A DNA stretch of 64,000 nt. Origin: Bugula neritina (lineage: Eukaryota > Animalia > Bryozoa). This document shows positions 39,641 through 52,835 of the stretch, in pieces; position 1 is the first letter of the stretch; each line of letters begins with the position of its first letter. The notes under the pieces are model-generated. The model was given only the letters and a program-made list of their open reading frames with translations. It ran no database searches and was not told where the DNA came from. The translations under genes were made by a program, and so were the position numbers. The stretch covers positions 7,818,973-7,882,972 of the forward strand of contig OZ037770.1 in assembly GCA_964035545.1 (NCBI GenBank). The letters run 5' to 3'.

Positions 39641-42600
39641 CTAGTAGCCATCTCCTAACAGATCATCTTGTCTCGGCCCACCGCTGCCACCCGCACCACT
39701 CACTGGGTCAGCTCGTCTTGAGTCACGACGTTCTTTCCTATTGGCCATCACTCTACACAGTTCATCTAATTTCTTTCCTAATTGGTTAACCTACAATATC
39801 ATGATATTAAGCTTACTTCACTTGGTTGAACCATTCTTCTGTTTTCTAAAAGCACTTAACTTTGATGTGTTTTTGTAAACATTTTACAACAAATCAATAC
39901 CTTTGTAGCATCAATTATTCTACTTTGTATATTACATCATGCTATCTATGTGAAGTCAATAAAAAACAGTGCTTATGTAACTAAGATTCTGATTAATGAC
40001 GTTGACTTATACAGTGTTCTAGCAGTTTGTTTTGTTCATTTTTATTTGAACATTGGCGGTGGTTTACAACTAAAAATATCTCAAAACAAGAATACCTTTG
40101 AGAATAAAATGTAAAGTATTCAGATGCGCCATGGATGACTTTTATCTAGTGCTTAGTAAATTTGATGTATTGGGTAGGCAACCATTAAACATTGTGTTAA
40201 TTTCATGCACACTATATAAAATTCACATTCACTTACCTGGGCTGCCATGTTGGATACATTTCTGTCAATATCTTCTTGACGGGTTATTATGTTTTCAACT
40301 GTTTCGGAAATAAAGCCTTGGTTTTTAAATACCTGTGAAATAATTGTAAATATATTATATATGGTTAGCTGTGTACCTTCAGTAAATGCTTTAGATAATT
40401 TATTTCTAATGTAGTGCCTGATTTGAAATGGTGAGTGATCAACTGAAAAGCTATAGCATTTTTTTAAAGTCATATGGTGTCACTTTCAGCAATAAACATG
40501 CTTATTTTGTGTTTGTTGTATGCTTTACTTTTACCTCTGCAACTTTTGTAAGAAATATGTCATTTTTATGGTAAAAATTATAATAGCCAAACCTCAAGAA
40601 CGGTAACTTGGCTGTCCACCATTTTTCGTTGCTCTTGCTTAGTTTTTCGTATATCGTCAATAGCTTTAAGCAGCTTTCTCTGGTAACCTCGTCTAATACC
40701 TTCATTCTCATTCCTCAATCTAGATCTGTAAATCTGCATGATACATGTAGAAGTAAGTGTAAATGTAAGTATGAGTGTAAGTGTAAGTGTAAGTGTAAGT
40801 GTAAGTGTAAGTGTAAGTGTAAGTGTAAGTGTAAGTGTAAGTGTAAGTGTAAGTGTAAGTGTAAGTGTAAGTGTAAGTGTAAGTGTAAGTGTAAGTGTAA
40901 GTGTAAGTGTAAGTGTAAGTGTAAGTGTAAGTGTAAGTGTAAGTGTAAGTGTAAGTGTAAGTGTGAGTGTAAGTGTAAGTGTAAGTGTAAGTGTAAGTGT
41001 AAGTGTAGGTTTAGGCGTGGGTGTGTGTGTAAGTGTAAGTGTAAGTGTAAGTGTAAGTGTAAGTGTAAGTGTAAGTGTAAGTGTAAGTGTAAGTGTAACA
41101 GTAGGTTTAGGCGTGGGTGTGTGTGTGTAGGTGTGTATCAGTGTATGTATATAGTACTACTATTGCTGCTAAATATCCTTACCCTCCAGCCATAACCTAA
41201 TATCCTAGCAGCTGAATCTTTTAGCTTTTTGTCTAACTCAACGTCAATCACAAAATTGTGTACATATTTCTCCGCCCGGGAAAGCTCTAACTTTTGTGCT
41301 GCAAGTCAAATGCATAAACATTATCATACATTACAAGAAATATATCGGGATATAGTAATAATGATATAATAATATAATATAATAATAATAACAGCTGAGA
41401 AGTAAATAGTAGAATTATTGAGATGTTAGATGACTCAACAAGCAGAGTTTGAGAGACAGACAGACAGATATTGAGGGGCAAACAGAAAGGCGGAGAGGCA
41501 AACAGACATAAAGACAGGCAGACTGACAGATAGACCTTGATTTAGGAGAAATGATTTACTCTACACTCAAGCCTATTTAACTCACCTAGTACAGCCACCA
41601 CCAGAGCTGTGCAGCCAGATCCTAACATTCCAACAGAGACTGCGATGGCCCGCCCACAGGAAGTGTATGGCACGATGTCGCCGTATCCCACAGAGAGGAA
41701 TGTGATGGCCACCAGCCACAGAGAGTTCCAGTAGCTTCGATTAAGCACCTGGTGATCTATCTCGCACACTCTGTACAACACAATCTATTATTAAACATGT
41801 TTTTACCAAATGCTTTTTGAATTTGAACTCCACCCATGATTGATAGAAAAACCATCGCAACATGATCAAACCGGGGTGGATGCATAGTTGTGAACTATTT
41901 AAACAGCACATGTTTTAGCAGATATTTCTAACATCTGTAATCAAAAAGTAATCATAGGGACTGGCATTCTAGTGTTTTGAAAAACACTGATGGAGACTAT
42001 CTGTTAACACAAAGAACTTTCTAGAGTAGCCAGAACTGTATGTAACTCTAGTTGTACTGATAACTGACAGCTAGAACTGTACATAACTCTAGTTGTACTG
42101 ATAACTGACAGCTAGAACTGCATGTAACTCTAGTTGTACTGATAACCGACCTGAGTGCCCAGCTTCCTATGATAAAGATAGAGGCAATGAGGACAACCAT
42201 GACGTAGACAGGGTGGAGGTACATCAGAGATTTAAATATGAAGTAGAAGTTGAACTTTGTCTTGTTGAGAGCTCCAAGAGACTGAGATCTGGCGTCAGCA
42301 AACAACTTGCTGTGCAGCAGCATTGCCCTGTAATATATACATATACACCCTTACATACTATACAGTACTATAACACATTTACACATATACATATATACCC
42401 TTACATACTATACTATATACTACACTATAGTATACTATACTATAACACATATACATATATACCCTTATATATAGTGTACTGTACTAAAACTTTGTATACA
42501 TATATACCCTTACACACCATACTATGCTATAACACATATACATATATACCCTTATATATAGTGTACTGTACTATAACTTTGTATACATATATACCCTTAC

Positions 42601-45600
42601 ACACCATACTATGCTATAACACATATACATATATACCCTTAAATATAGTGTACTGTACTATAACTTTGTATACATATATACCCTTACACACCATACTATG
42701 CTATAACACATATACATGTATATCCTTACATACTATACTATTACACCACATATTAAACAACTTTATTAGTTACATGTATACATATATAAATAGGTAGCGT
42801 GATATTAATCTCTTATAAACATTCAAAAGTAGAAGATACTTTAGCTCAGTTTATTGTCCTGCATATTTGGTTAATGAGGCAGCAATAAAAATGATCTAGT
42901 TTTTATTTTATATCCTAGTTATGGGTGACTTTATAGTCTATTATGCCTTATAAGTCTATGTAGTAGTAATAGTTCAGTTGTGCAACCATTATGTAATACT
43001 GCCTAAAGCATGCAGTGCCTGTGGGCAGCAATTGATGCATTCCATAAAATAGAGAAAATTCAGAAAACCTCTATGCCAAGCAGGTTTCTATTTTAATGAT
43101 TATTTATTGCAACTTGATATTTCCATGCTCATCAAACAGGAAACAGTTACTATACTATAGTGTAATAACTCCTAACTTTTACTGCCAGCATTGTTATAGA
43201 CACCAGAACTTCTCTAGTTCAGTTCAGAACTGCTGGGATGAGCATGTTTTGAAATCCTTATCTTTGTGCACCAATCAACTTTTCTAGTTTAATGACAGGG
43301 TCATAATATTATATAACAACTTGTGGTGATTGCTTAGTTATTTGAAGTTGTGCTACTTTCTTAGATTTCAAAAGTAGATAACTGGCATTATGCAAATTTT
43401 GCACAATCATGGATGAGTGAAAGATAAATGTATTGCTAATCGTTACAACTTTAATTCAGGTTACCTGCAGATTCAAATGATGCAATAAATTAAACTAATT
43501 ATTTTTTGTTTTTTTTGTGTGCAAAGCTTGACTACTAAATTATTTTACAACTATAAATTATAAATAAAACCTCAAGCACTTCCGAAGAACAGAAAAACAT
43601 GTGTGTAACTCTATATAAACGTTGGTCTATATAGCACAAGGTAACACTAGCCTGCATAGCAAGTAGAACCTTAGGAACATTGGTATAGATAACACAATGT
43701 CCAGTGGTACAAGCACTGCTTTCGTTGTTTCATTTTGAAAGTCATGTGACTTCCACTTGAGATTGATGTCTCCTGGTATGGGGTGAATGGCGCACACAAT
43801 GAGCTCTATGGTGATGCCTAAAGCTGTCTTTGGGCTAACAGCCAGTAGCCAGTCCTGCATTCCATTATCTATCATGTACAGCTGTAAGCAGTGAACAAGA
43901 TCAAATCAATCAACCTTATAATATACAAACATGCAATTTATATAATTGTTTTTAGGCATATACACCTTTTTCACATTAAAACTTTACAGATATACTTTGT
44001 AGAATAACTTAACTAGGTGTCAAATAGCATACACAGTTAGATATACATGATAAAGCAGAACCTGCAATATATGTATGAGTTTTACTTTGACCGAGAATTA
44101 TCATAATATTTAAGGTGATGATAAAATTCAGCTTATTTTTATATTTTTGTATATTCAATGGAGAAAAAGTTGATGCAGTGCAGTTATTCAGTTTTGCTCA
44201 ACATATCTGAGAACATCATTATTGTGGATATAAAACTATGAGTATATTACAGAGTTGAACCATTTAAATCATTTTTTAATATTTTGAAGATTGCTCAAGG
44301 AGTTAGTCAAAAAAGGAGTTTCGTTTCTTTAAATTTAATGGCTAATAAATGGGTATTCCATATTGCATGACATATAATGAGCAGTGGCCACTCTGTGCTA
44401 ATTGTTTATAACTAATATAGCATTCCCACTTCAGCAGAGAGAAGATAACACCTTACACCTGCTATGTAAGTGCTATAAAATAGTTGATAATTTAAAAACT
44501 TTAGTGACAGCTATTGCCACCCGAACAAGTAAAGGTGTGTTTTATTACATATTCAAACTCCAATAATTATACCTGTTTACATTCCAATATTTCTAAAATG
44601 GTATAATGTTGTGACAGGCACAAACTTGCACTAATTATGTAAAATATGACATTGATCTTAATGAATCATAGCAGTATCTCCCTGTGGATTAAATAAGACA
44701 AAAGAAATATAAACTTATTTGAATGCAAATCTATATCTTCACACTTCAATAAAAAAAATAGTGAATGTTTACATAATTACATTGTATGACCTCAAGTTCA
44801 CTGATTTATTGTGTAAAACATTACACTATTCTATCCTCACAATACTGCTACTAATACAAGTCTCCATCTCTGTGATAATCTTTGATAGGATAGGTTTTAC
44901 AAAGGTTAAAAGCTGGGTCTCATACCACGCTAGTAGTATAGTTTCAGAACTTTTGTCCCTGCAGAAAAGCAACTGTGAGCAAATGCTTTTCCCATTCCGA
45001 TATTATATAGAACATGTTACTGCATGTATGTGTGTATTGTAAGTTTCATACTAGGCAAGTGCATTAACTGCACTAGACTGCAGCTGCTCTTAAGTTTAAT
45101 TAACACAATAGCGAATGTTTTTAGAAACCAGGCTTCTGCTTGCAACCTGGGCTTAACTTTTATATAGAAGCAAAATTCTCATTTTAGCTTTTTACCTACA
45201 GAGTATAATAAGATTTTATAGACAAGAATGTGAAATAATTAAATATGAAATATAACAGCATTACAATAACTAATATAATTTTGCAAAGATACAGATGGAA
45301 TTTGTAACACAAAACTATTAGACCTAACATTGTTTTGCTTTCCATGTTATACAATAAATGCAACTACATGATGTTCAGCAAATGAGCTGCTCATTTTGTC
45401 ACACTACATGCTGCAGAACCTTTGAAGTCATAAAGGTTTTTGTAACATAATGTTTCTATAATATAAAAATACCAGCAATTGCTTTTATGCAAACAAGTGA
45501 ACAAAGATTTGTGTGCAACTAGTTGCCTCACACATCTATAAAAATAATTAGTAGCTCTTGAATCAGAAGATGCAAATTGATAAAGAGAACCAATTTAATT

Positions 45601-48117
45601 CAGAGTTAATTTAAGATTGATGGTGTTTTAAAAAACTGTTTTGCTTTTCATCCATTTATGCTCAATGTTTTTAGCAACTGGTTTTTTTGGTAAATATAAA
45701 TGGAAGCCATCATTGCTCATGTTACTAATTTTAAACTTAATAATTTTTTTAAAGTTAATAATTTGTCAAATTTTACTAAAACTTTAAGCCCTTGTCCCTA
45801 ATAATAGTCTTTGCAGAAAATTAACTTCATTATAGCACTTGTCTATAACATGAGAAGTAAAACAACAATTTACATATCAGTAATAATTAAACTTATCTAT
45901 ATATTGAGTCACAGCGTAATATTGACACAAATTGTATAATCTCATCTACTAGATCTCATGTCATGCATTAAATATTCATGGGTGTTGTTTGTTTAAGTAA
46001 GTTCAACTGTTTTACACTGGCCGAACATTGGAAAATGCAGACTAATTTTAAATTTCCATAATCAATATTAGGACTGATGAAAGGTAACTGAAATGCTGAG
46101 AAAGATATAATGATATGCAATGCATCACTTTAGCTGTGTGAGCAAACAACGTCCACTCTTAACCAATCATAGGACAGATCACAAACTTGAACATGTACAT
46201 ATATGCCTTTTTCCAAGCAAATTTGCAGTTTCAAAAGCAAAATGCCCTGCCCTCACCTTAAACCATGAAGAATAAATCTAAGAAATAATGCTATGCCAAA
46301 ACTATTTGTAATAAAATATAAAGCTGTACTGATTTTTCGGTAGAAGTTGGTTTTAGTAAAACTGTAATTTATAAACACACTTGCAAAACATAAGAAGCCC
46401 AGTACTATTGGTTAAAATTATAACTTATTAGGACATTTGCCTTTGTGTACAATACTTCTGGTGCTTTCATGAAATATTTAAAAAGTTCTAGAATGATGAG
46501 ACATTTTTACCACCCTGTTTTATCAACCAGCTATTGCTTATACTCAAATTGGCATTTTCAAAACAGATATAATGGTAGTAACTAAATTTGCCAATCAAAT
46601 AAGTACGCTATTAGTTTTTATCATCTGGGCAGTTTTTGAAACTGTAAGCGCTTTATTTAATGCGGACTACTTTACTGCAACATGCGCATGCTTTGCTTTA
46701 TACTGTATATCATCCAACTATTTCAGTAAAATTGCATCTTATTTGAGTCCAACTGTAATTTGATTCAGCAATCATTTTGGTTAATCATGTGCAAAATAGT
46801 CACCAGAAGGTTTGCATTGTTTTAAGTGATAGAATCGCATGCACTAGTGAGTTGGGCTTGAGTAAGTATAGTGTTACTTGATCTAATGTGCTACTCCAAC
46901 ATGAAATGCCTGATTTTGAAAAGCTTTTCGAGCTTCTCCAAGTTATTAAACTCACCGAATGTGCTTTGATGTCTATTACATGTAATAGCTGACTAAAGCA
47001 GGGGAGACAACTTACATTATGTATTGCATTCAAGGAGTTATCAATGGTTTATATAACCTAGGTATTTATATAATAACCCACAATGCTAAGGTACTAAGGT
47101 ATACAGATAGCATTTAGCAAATTAATTAAAAGAAGTGGTTGAAGTTTAGAGAATTTATGTAATGAAGGAACCCTTACAGTTACCAAGTCAGGTTACAGGT
47201 AGTCAAGAAAATAGCTATTATCTTATATGCATATAATCATATAATACTTTATGAACTATTACTGTGTACTGCATATATAATCATATAATACTGTATGAAC
47301 TATTATTGTGTACGGCATATATATAATCATATAATACTGTATGAACTATTATTCTGTACTGTATATATAATCATATAATACTGTATAAACTATTATTGTG
47401 TGCTGCATATATAATCATATAATACTGTATGAACTATTATTGTGTACTGCATATATAATCATATAAAACTGTATGAACTATCATTGTGTGCTGCATATAT
47501 AATCATATAATACTGTATGAACTATTATTGTGTACTGCATATATAATCATATAATACTGTATAAACTATTATTGTGTACTGCATATATAATCATATAATA
47601 CTGTATGAACTATTATTGTGTACTGCATATCAGCATCTGGCTTACCTTTATATCCATGAGATGGAACCAGACAACCATTCCAATGAGGATAACGGTGGAG
47701 AGAGTAATGAACACCTTCAAAACTATTGCTGCCGGTTTTGTATTGTCGTAAATAGATGCTGCCATGTTACCATCATCTTTATAGTGGTCTCTTAGCTCAG
47801 TGTGTATGATCATTAAAATAATTCCAACAAGCGCAGTGACAAAGGCGATGTCGTTGATGGTTCGTCGCTTTCGGAACAGCTCTTTTCTCAATGCTAACAT
47901 TTCTCCAACATTTTCAAATTTTGTCTGTTTAAATCTACAAGGAAAAAACTGTTCATCACAGAAAAGTTTTAATGCCTGCAAATTAACCACAAAAGTAAAA
48001 TAAAATTATGTTTTTATATATTTGGAGAACACACATACACGCGCACACACACACGCACACGTACACGCACACGCACACGCACACGCACACGCACACGCAC
48101 ACGCACACGCTCACACA

Positions 48118-48158
<41 letters not shown>

Positions 48159-49020
48159 ACACACACACACACACATCATAGAGTATTTATAGATATATTC
48201 GATTTGCAAATTATATTATAAAACTGAGTAGATATTTTGCACTTACTTGGACCATTTTTTGTTCCGCTGCTTTTTCTTGCTCAAGCCAGGGCCTTTTTCC
48301 ATGTCAGCATCGACAGCAGTGTAGTTTGGCTGACCGTTACTAGCGACCAATGGAGTGCCCGGGTTTTCCATGGTGGCTGACATGCTGTTTAGATTGCTGG
48401 AGTTTCCCTTCAGCTGCTCTGTAAAGATCATTAATTTGTGATGCATGAAAAGACTAAAATGTTCAACTTTGCTAATGACTAGAAGGTGATTTAAGTTATT
48501 CAAATTTCACTATAAAAGACAATGTATATTATTCACATTGACATTGAAAACATCAATTATATATTCGCTGAATAGAGCGTTATTAATAATATAAAGTTTA
48601 ATTATGAGCTACTGACAAGTTTACCAACAGCTACTGTTATAGTGTTATACGATACTTCATTACCTTCATGAATTGCTGGAATTATAACTTTATATTGAAA
48701 GGGCATTTAAAGTTTAACATAATTGATTTTAGCTAAAACTCATCTACTAATACAAAATGCATAATTAAATTTCTATTCATGGATCCTTTTGCTAGTTACA
48801 GTGAACAAAACTAATATTTAAAAGCAACTACGTAGATAATAATTTATTCTTAGTGTAAGTATATAAGTAATGTAAGTACATGTAGGCATTAAAAGTTTGT
48901 AGGTGGTGTACATATGTATGTAGTATAAGTGTATGTAATATTTATATAAACTGTGGGTGTATCAGCAGTAGAAATACATTTATAACCCTGACCTGTAAAT
49001 GATGTAACCTCATGAGCCAT
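39641..49020 (-). CDS. KCNN: Small-conductance calcium-activated potassium channel (SK/KCNN family), about 527 aa
   Basis: Minus-strand exons 49020-48993, 48418-48247, 47934-47646, 43881-43652, 42327-42151, 41770-41586, 41298-41183, 40733-40593, 40332-40237, 39790-39641. Motifs ELIVCAIHPIPG, LSIPMFLRFY, MLLHSKLFADA, pore WLVAITFLSVGYGDIVP, CaM-binding LELSRAEKYVHNF. The start exon is less certain (a strong Kozak GCCACCATGG is at 48371). Confidence 0.93.
40752..41098. repeat. (GTAAGT)n hexanucleotide microsatellite filling most of an SK intron
   Basis: About 50 units; source of the poly-CK and poly-VS ORFs. Confidence 0.97.
42028..42150 (-). repeat. Three 41-bp units starting exactly at an SK donor site
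   Basis: Minus strand CTCAG|GTCGGTTATCAGTACAACTAGAGTTA..., then GTCAGTTATCAG... twice. Confidence 0.88.
42335..42750. repeat. 34/68-bp minisatellite abutting an SK acceptor
   Basis: Repeated TATACATATATACCCTTA units. Confidence 0.88.
47225..47630. repeat. About 42-bp minisatellite next to an SK donor
   Basis: Unit TGCATATATAATCATATAATACTGTATGAACTATTATTGTGTAC, about 9 copies. Confidence 0.92.
48028..48175. repeat. (CA)n/(GCACAC)n microsatellite
   Basis: Direct reading. Confidence 0.95.
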
Positions 49021-51184
49021 CTTTAACAGTTGTCTCTCGTTTCTTCCTCTCTATTCTTTTCTGATAAAAGAATAATAAAGCGTTGGTGTAAATGAGTAAT
49101 GCAGTCATGTTGTAATGTAGTAATGCAGTAGTGTAGTGATGTTGTAATGTAGTAATGAGTAATGCAGTAATGTAGTAATGTTACAGTAATGATGTAATGT
49201 AGTAATAATACTGAAAAATTGTGTATCAAGAACTAAATTACTATCTAATGCCAAGCCTATTTCAATGTTCTCCTAATTCATGTTCTTGTTAAGCACATAT
49301 ACATAGACATACAGAAAGTAATGGATTCCAGTAGTATGTGTAAGTTGACAAGTGTGTAAGGTGAAGGAGGTGTAAAATGGCAGGAGTGTAGTAATCTGAC
49401 AAGAGTGTAAAATGACCGGAAATGTGAGATGGTGGGGAAGTGTAAGGAGTGAAATATGGACCAGCTAGAGGCTTCTCTCTATACAGACAATAATTTATTA
49501 GGTAGAGTAGGTAACTTTGAAGCTAAGTTACAATCTAGCTCTTTTGCAGCTGCATACAGTTGCAAAGTTGTCTCTCTTACAACAATAAGTTTATAGAGCT
49601 TCAGAGTTATCTCCCTTACAATAGTGTCTATTATATAACTTCATGCAGGCTAAAGGGAGCTTAATGTAACATAGTTGTTCCTGATGCTCATACAAGTGTT
49701 AGGCTATACAATATCACAGGTGATTGCTGCAACTAGCTGATGATTACTTTACTCAACAGCAAACTAGCTATCTGGAATAGTAGCTTATAGTTGTATGCAG
49801 TTTACACAAATACACAAAATACAAATATTTTATAAAAAAAAGTTCTTATAAGATGCATAGATAATATTAAAATAACATTATAGTGTCATGCATACATAGG
49901 TATGCCTTTCACAGTCTTAGAGCCCCACAAATAAGTAAGAGTAGTGGTATTCTACGTGGTTTAAGCTACTGCGCTTACTACAATACTATATTCAATTCCA
50001 ACACCTAATAGCTAATATTAATTAAAGTGTACATTTTAGAGAGCACTTTGAGACCCTTGCAGGTATCTGTTACCACCGTGAAACTACTCAACACCTAAAG
50101 TGTTCTTAGCTCACACAACTATCTCCTGCATGTCTAAATTACAGTCCAGCCTAATGTGCTAGAATGAAGATTTACTTAGCTAAGCTTCCTTTCACTAGAA
50201 CCAGTCTAAATATATGTCTATATGTCTCACCAATGCTCAAGATTAGAGAGTATGTACTGTGGTTAATGGTGGTTTTAAATACTGTGCAATGTCTTACAAC
50301 TCTCAAAGGAACAACACACTCCAATTCAAGAGAACTAAATGCCACTTCAATATAAGAAATAAAGCAAAATACTATAGTTGTAAACACATGCATACATCGA
50401 AGGTTAGTATGTACTATTATGTGCACAAATTTGTGCTTGTTTGAAATCTGAATCATTTTGAACAGATAACTTCCATAGCCACCCCAAAATATGGGAGTAC
50501 TTCCAAGAGAAACAAAATAAAAATGGCTGCGAACCTGCAATATTTGTATTCTTCACCAATTTACCTCACATGCGCAATGAACTAAAATTCTAAGTCAAGT
50601 CCAGCTTTCTCAACAGTAGTGAAAATAGGGAAAATTTCAAGGAAAAGCAAATTATCACACCAACTAACTTTAACACTAATTTCTAGATTATTAACAGGAG
50701 AATGTCATTCAATAAAACTCAATTGAATATGTCAGAATTTTTGTTAAAATTTTAAATTGCATAATGAATTATTTATTGGTATAATATAAAGCACTAGAAT
50801 ACTTTACTTCAAGTAATTATAGCAACTCTTGTTTTATAAAAGTCTAAGATTGAAACTTCACATTTTATCATCACATGAATTATTTATCTAATGTAAACAT
50901 TTGACCTAGTTTTTCTACAGAACAAGTCTAACCAGTTGAAGAACGCAATGCTACACGACATTCTTTATATTAACCATACTTACAGCACTAACTACAGCAG
51001 CAATTTCTATATAGGCTCAGTTTCATACTACAACCATGTTATATACATTATAACTTTGCCTCAGCTCAATACTACAATTGATAAAATTTGGAATATTGGA
51101 ACCCAACTGAGGCTTCAATATTTCTATGTTGAAGAAAAAACTTGGATGGACAAAATGGTGACAATGGTTGTTGATATCTGATGA

Positions 51185-51380
51185 AGGTTTCAGCTTGCAG
51201 TTGTGTACAATACACGTCATACAGGTTTCAGCTTAGAGTTGTGTACAATACACGTCATACAGGTTTCAGCTTAGAGTTGTGTACAATACACGTCATACAG
51301 GTTTCAGCTTAGAGTTGTGTACAATACACGTCATACAGGTTTCAGCTTAGAGTTGTGTACAATACACGTCATACAGGTTG
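51185..51380. repeat. Five near-identical 38-bp tandem units
   Basis: AGGTTTCAGCTTAGAGTTGTGTACAATACACGTCATAC with period 38 and no spacers. Confidence 0.93.
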
Positions 51381-51519
51381 TGTGGAGTGGTCCATGGGAG
51401 TTGATAAATTTGCTAAAACAGCTGCCCTTATCTAACTTCATTATACAGTAACTCACTTTATGTATAACCTTTAACAATATTTGTCCTGTATGGGTGGCAT
51501 GCAACTCAACTCCCAACTA

Positions 51520-52085
51520 CCTTACTATATTATATTTTATTATATAGTTTCTTACTATATTATATCTTATTATGTGGTATCTTACTATAATATCCTACTG
51601 TGTGATATCTTACTATAATATGGTATTTTACTATATATGATTTCTTACTATGTAATATATTTTTATATATAATATATTATTATATAGTATCTTACTGTAT
51701 AATATCTTACTATATAATATCTTGCTATATATAATATATTACTATATAGTATCTTACTGTATAATATATTACTATATAATATACTGCTATATAGTATCTT
51801 ACCATATAATACCTTGCTATGTATAATATATTACTATATAATATATTACTATATAATATATTACTATATAATATCTTACTATGTATAATATATTACTATA
51901 TAGTATCTTACTATATAATATCTTGCTATGTATAATATATTACTATATAATATCTTACTATATAATATCTTACTATGTATAATATATTACTATGTATAAT
52001 ATATTATTATATAGTATCTTACTATATAATATGTTGCTATGTATAATATATTATTATATAGTATCTTACTATATAATATGTTGCC
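51520..52085. repeat. AT-rich 16-18-bp degenerate minisatellite (ATATCTTACTATATA)
   Basis: Direct reading. Confidence 0.88.
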
Positions 52086-52684
52086 AGAAACTACTTAGTT
52101 ATATGCTATGGCACACTGCAGCTATGGCAGATTTGAGTACAAGATAAACCCATAAAGTAGCATTTAATAATCAATATGACAATATATTATTAAAACAAGT
52201 TGACTGCCTTTTTATGTTTAAATTAGTATAATAGAACAATTGGAAAAACATGCTGGCTACAGCCAATCAATGGTGTGAATGGCCGGTATTGTGAGGTGGG
52301 GGGAGGAATATTGACTAATGAACACAATGACGGTGATAATGAGACTGAGCAAATCTTGTCAGCTATAATTTAGTACAGCATGCAGCCTTAGCCCAATGTG
52401 CTCCTACTATGTATGTATATACAGTGCTCCTTCTATAGTTCACTACAGGTCCTGAAACATCAATTCGTGACCTACAGTAGTAGAATACCAGATTCATCCT
52501 ATGAGTTTCTTAAATTTGGCCATTAATAAGCCACAAAGCAGGGTTTCAAGCCCTTCTACTAACCTATAGAGTTTCGTGAGAAATGTAACGGTTAGATATA
52601 GAGGGAGCACTGCATTGTGTGATTTTCCTTATTATATGAAGTAATGGAACATAAGACACCATTGTACCACTATATATGTAGTAT

Positions 52685-52835
52685 TATATATAACTAATAT
52701 ATAACTAATATATAACTAATATATAACTAATATATAACTAATATATAACTAATATATAACTAATATATAACTAATATATAACTAATATAACTAATATAAT
52801 ATAACTAATATATAACTAATATAACTAATATATAC
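52685..52835. repeat. (ATATATAACTA)n 11-bp repeat
   Basis: Direct reading. Confidence 0.92.

Noticed and set aside
40231-40240. ACTTACCTGG match to the U1 snRNA 5' end
   Set aside because: It is the reverse complement of a perfect CAG|GTAAGT donor of the SK gene; the rest of U1 is absent.
40608-41195. Poly-(CK) metallothionein-like and poly-(VS) ORFs
   Set aside because: Translation of (GTAAGT)n, antisense to an SK intron.
51185-51380. CRISPR-like 38-bp repeats
   Set aside because: Head-to-tail with no spacers, eukaryotic context, no cas genes.
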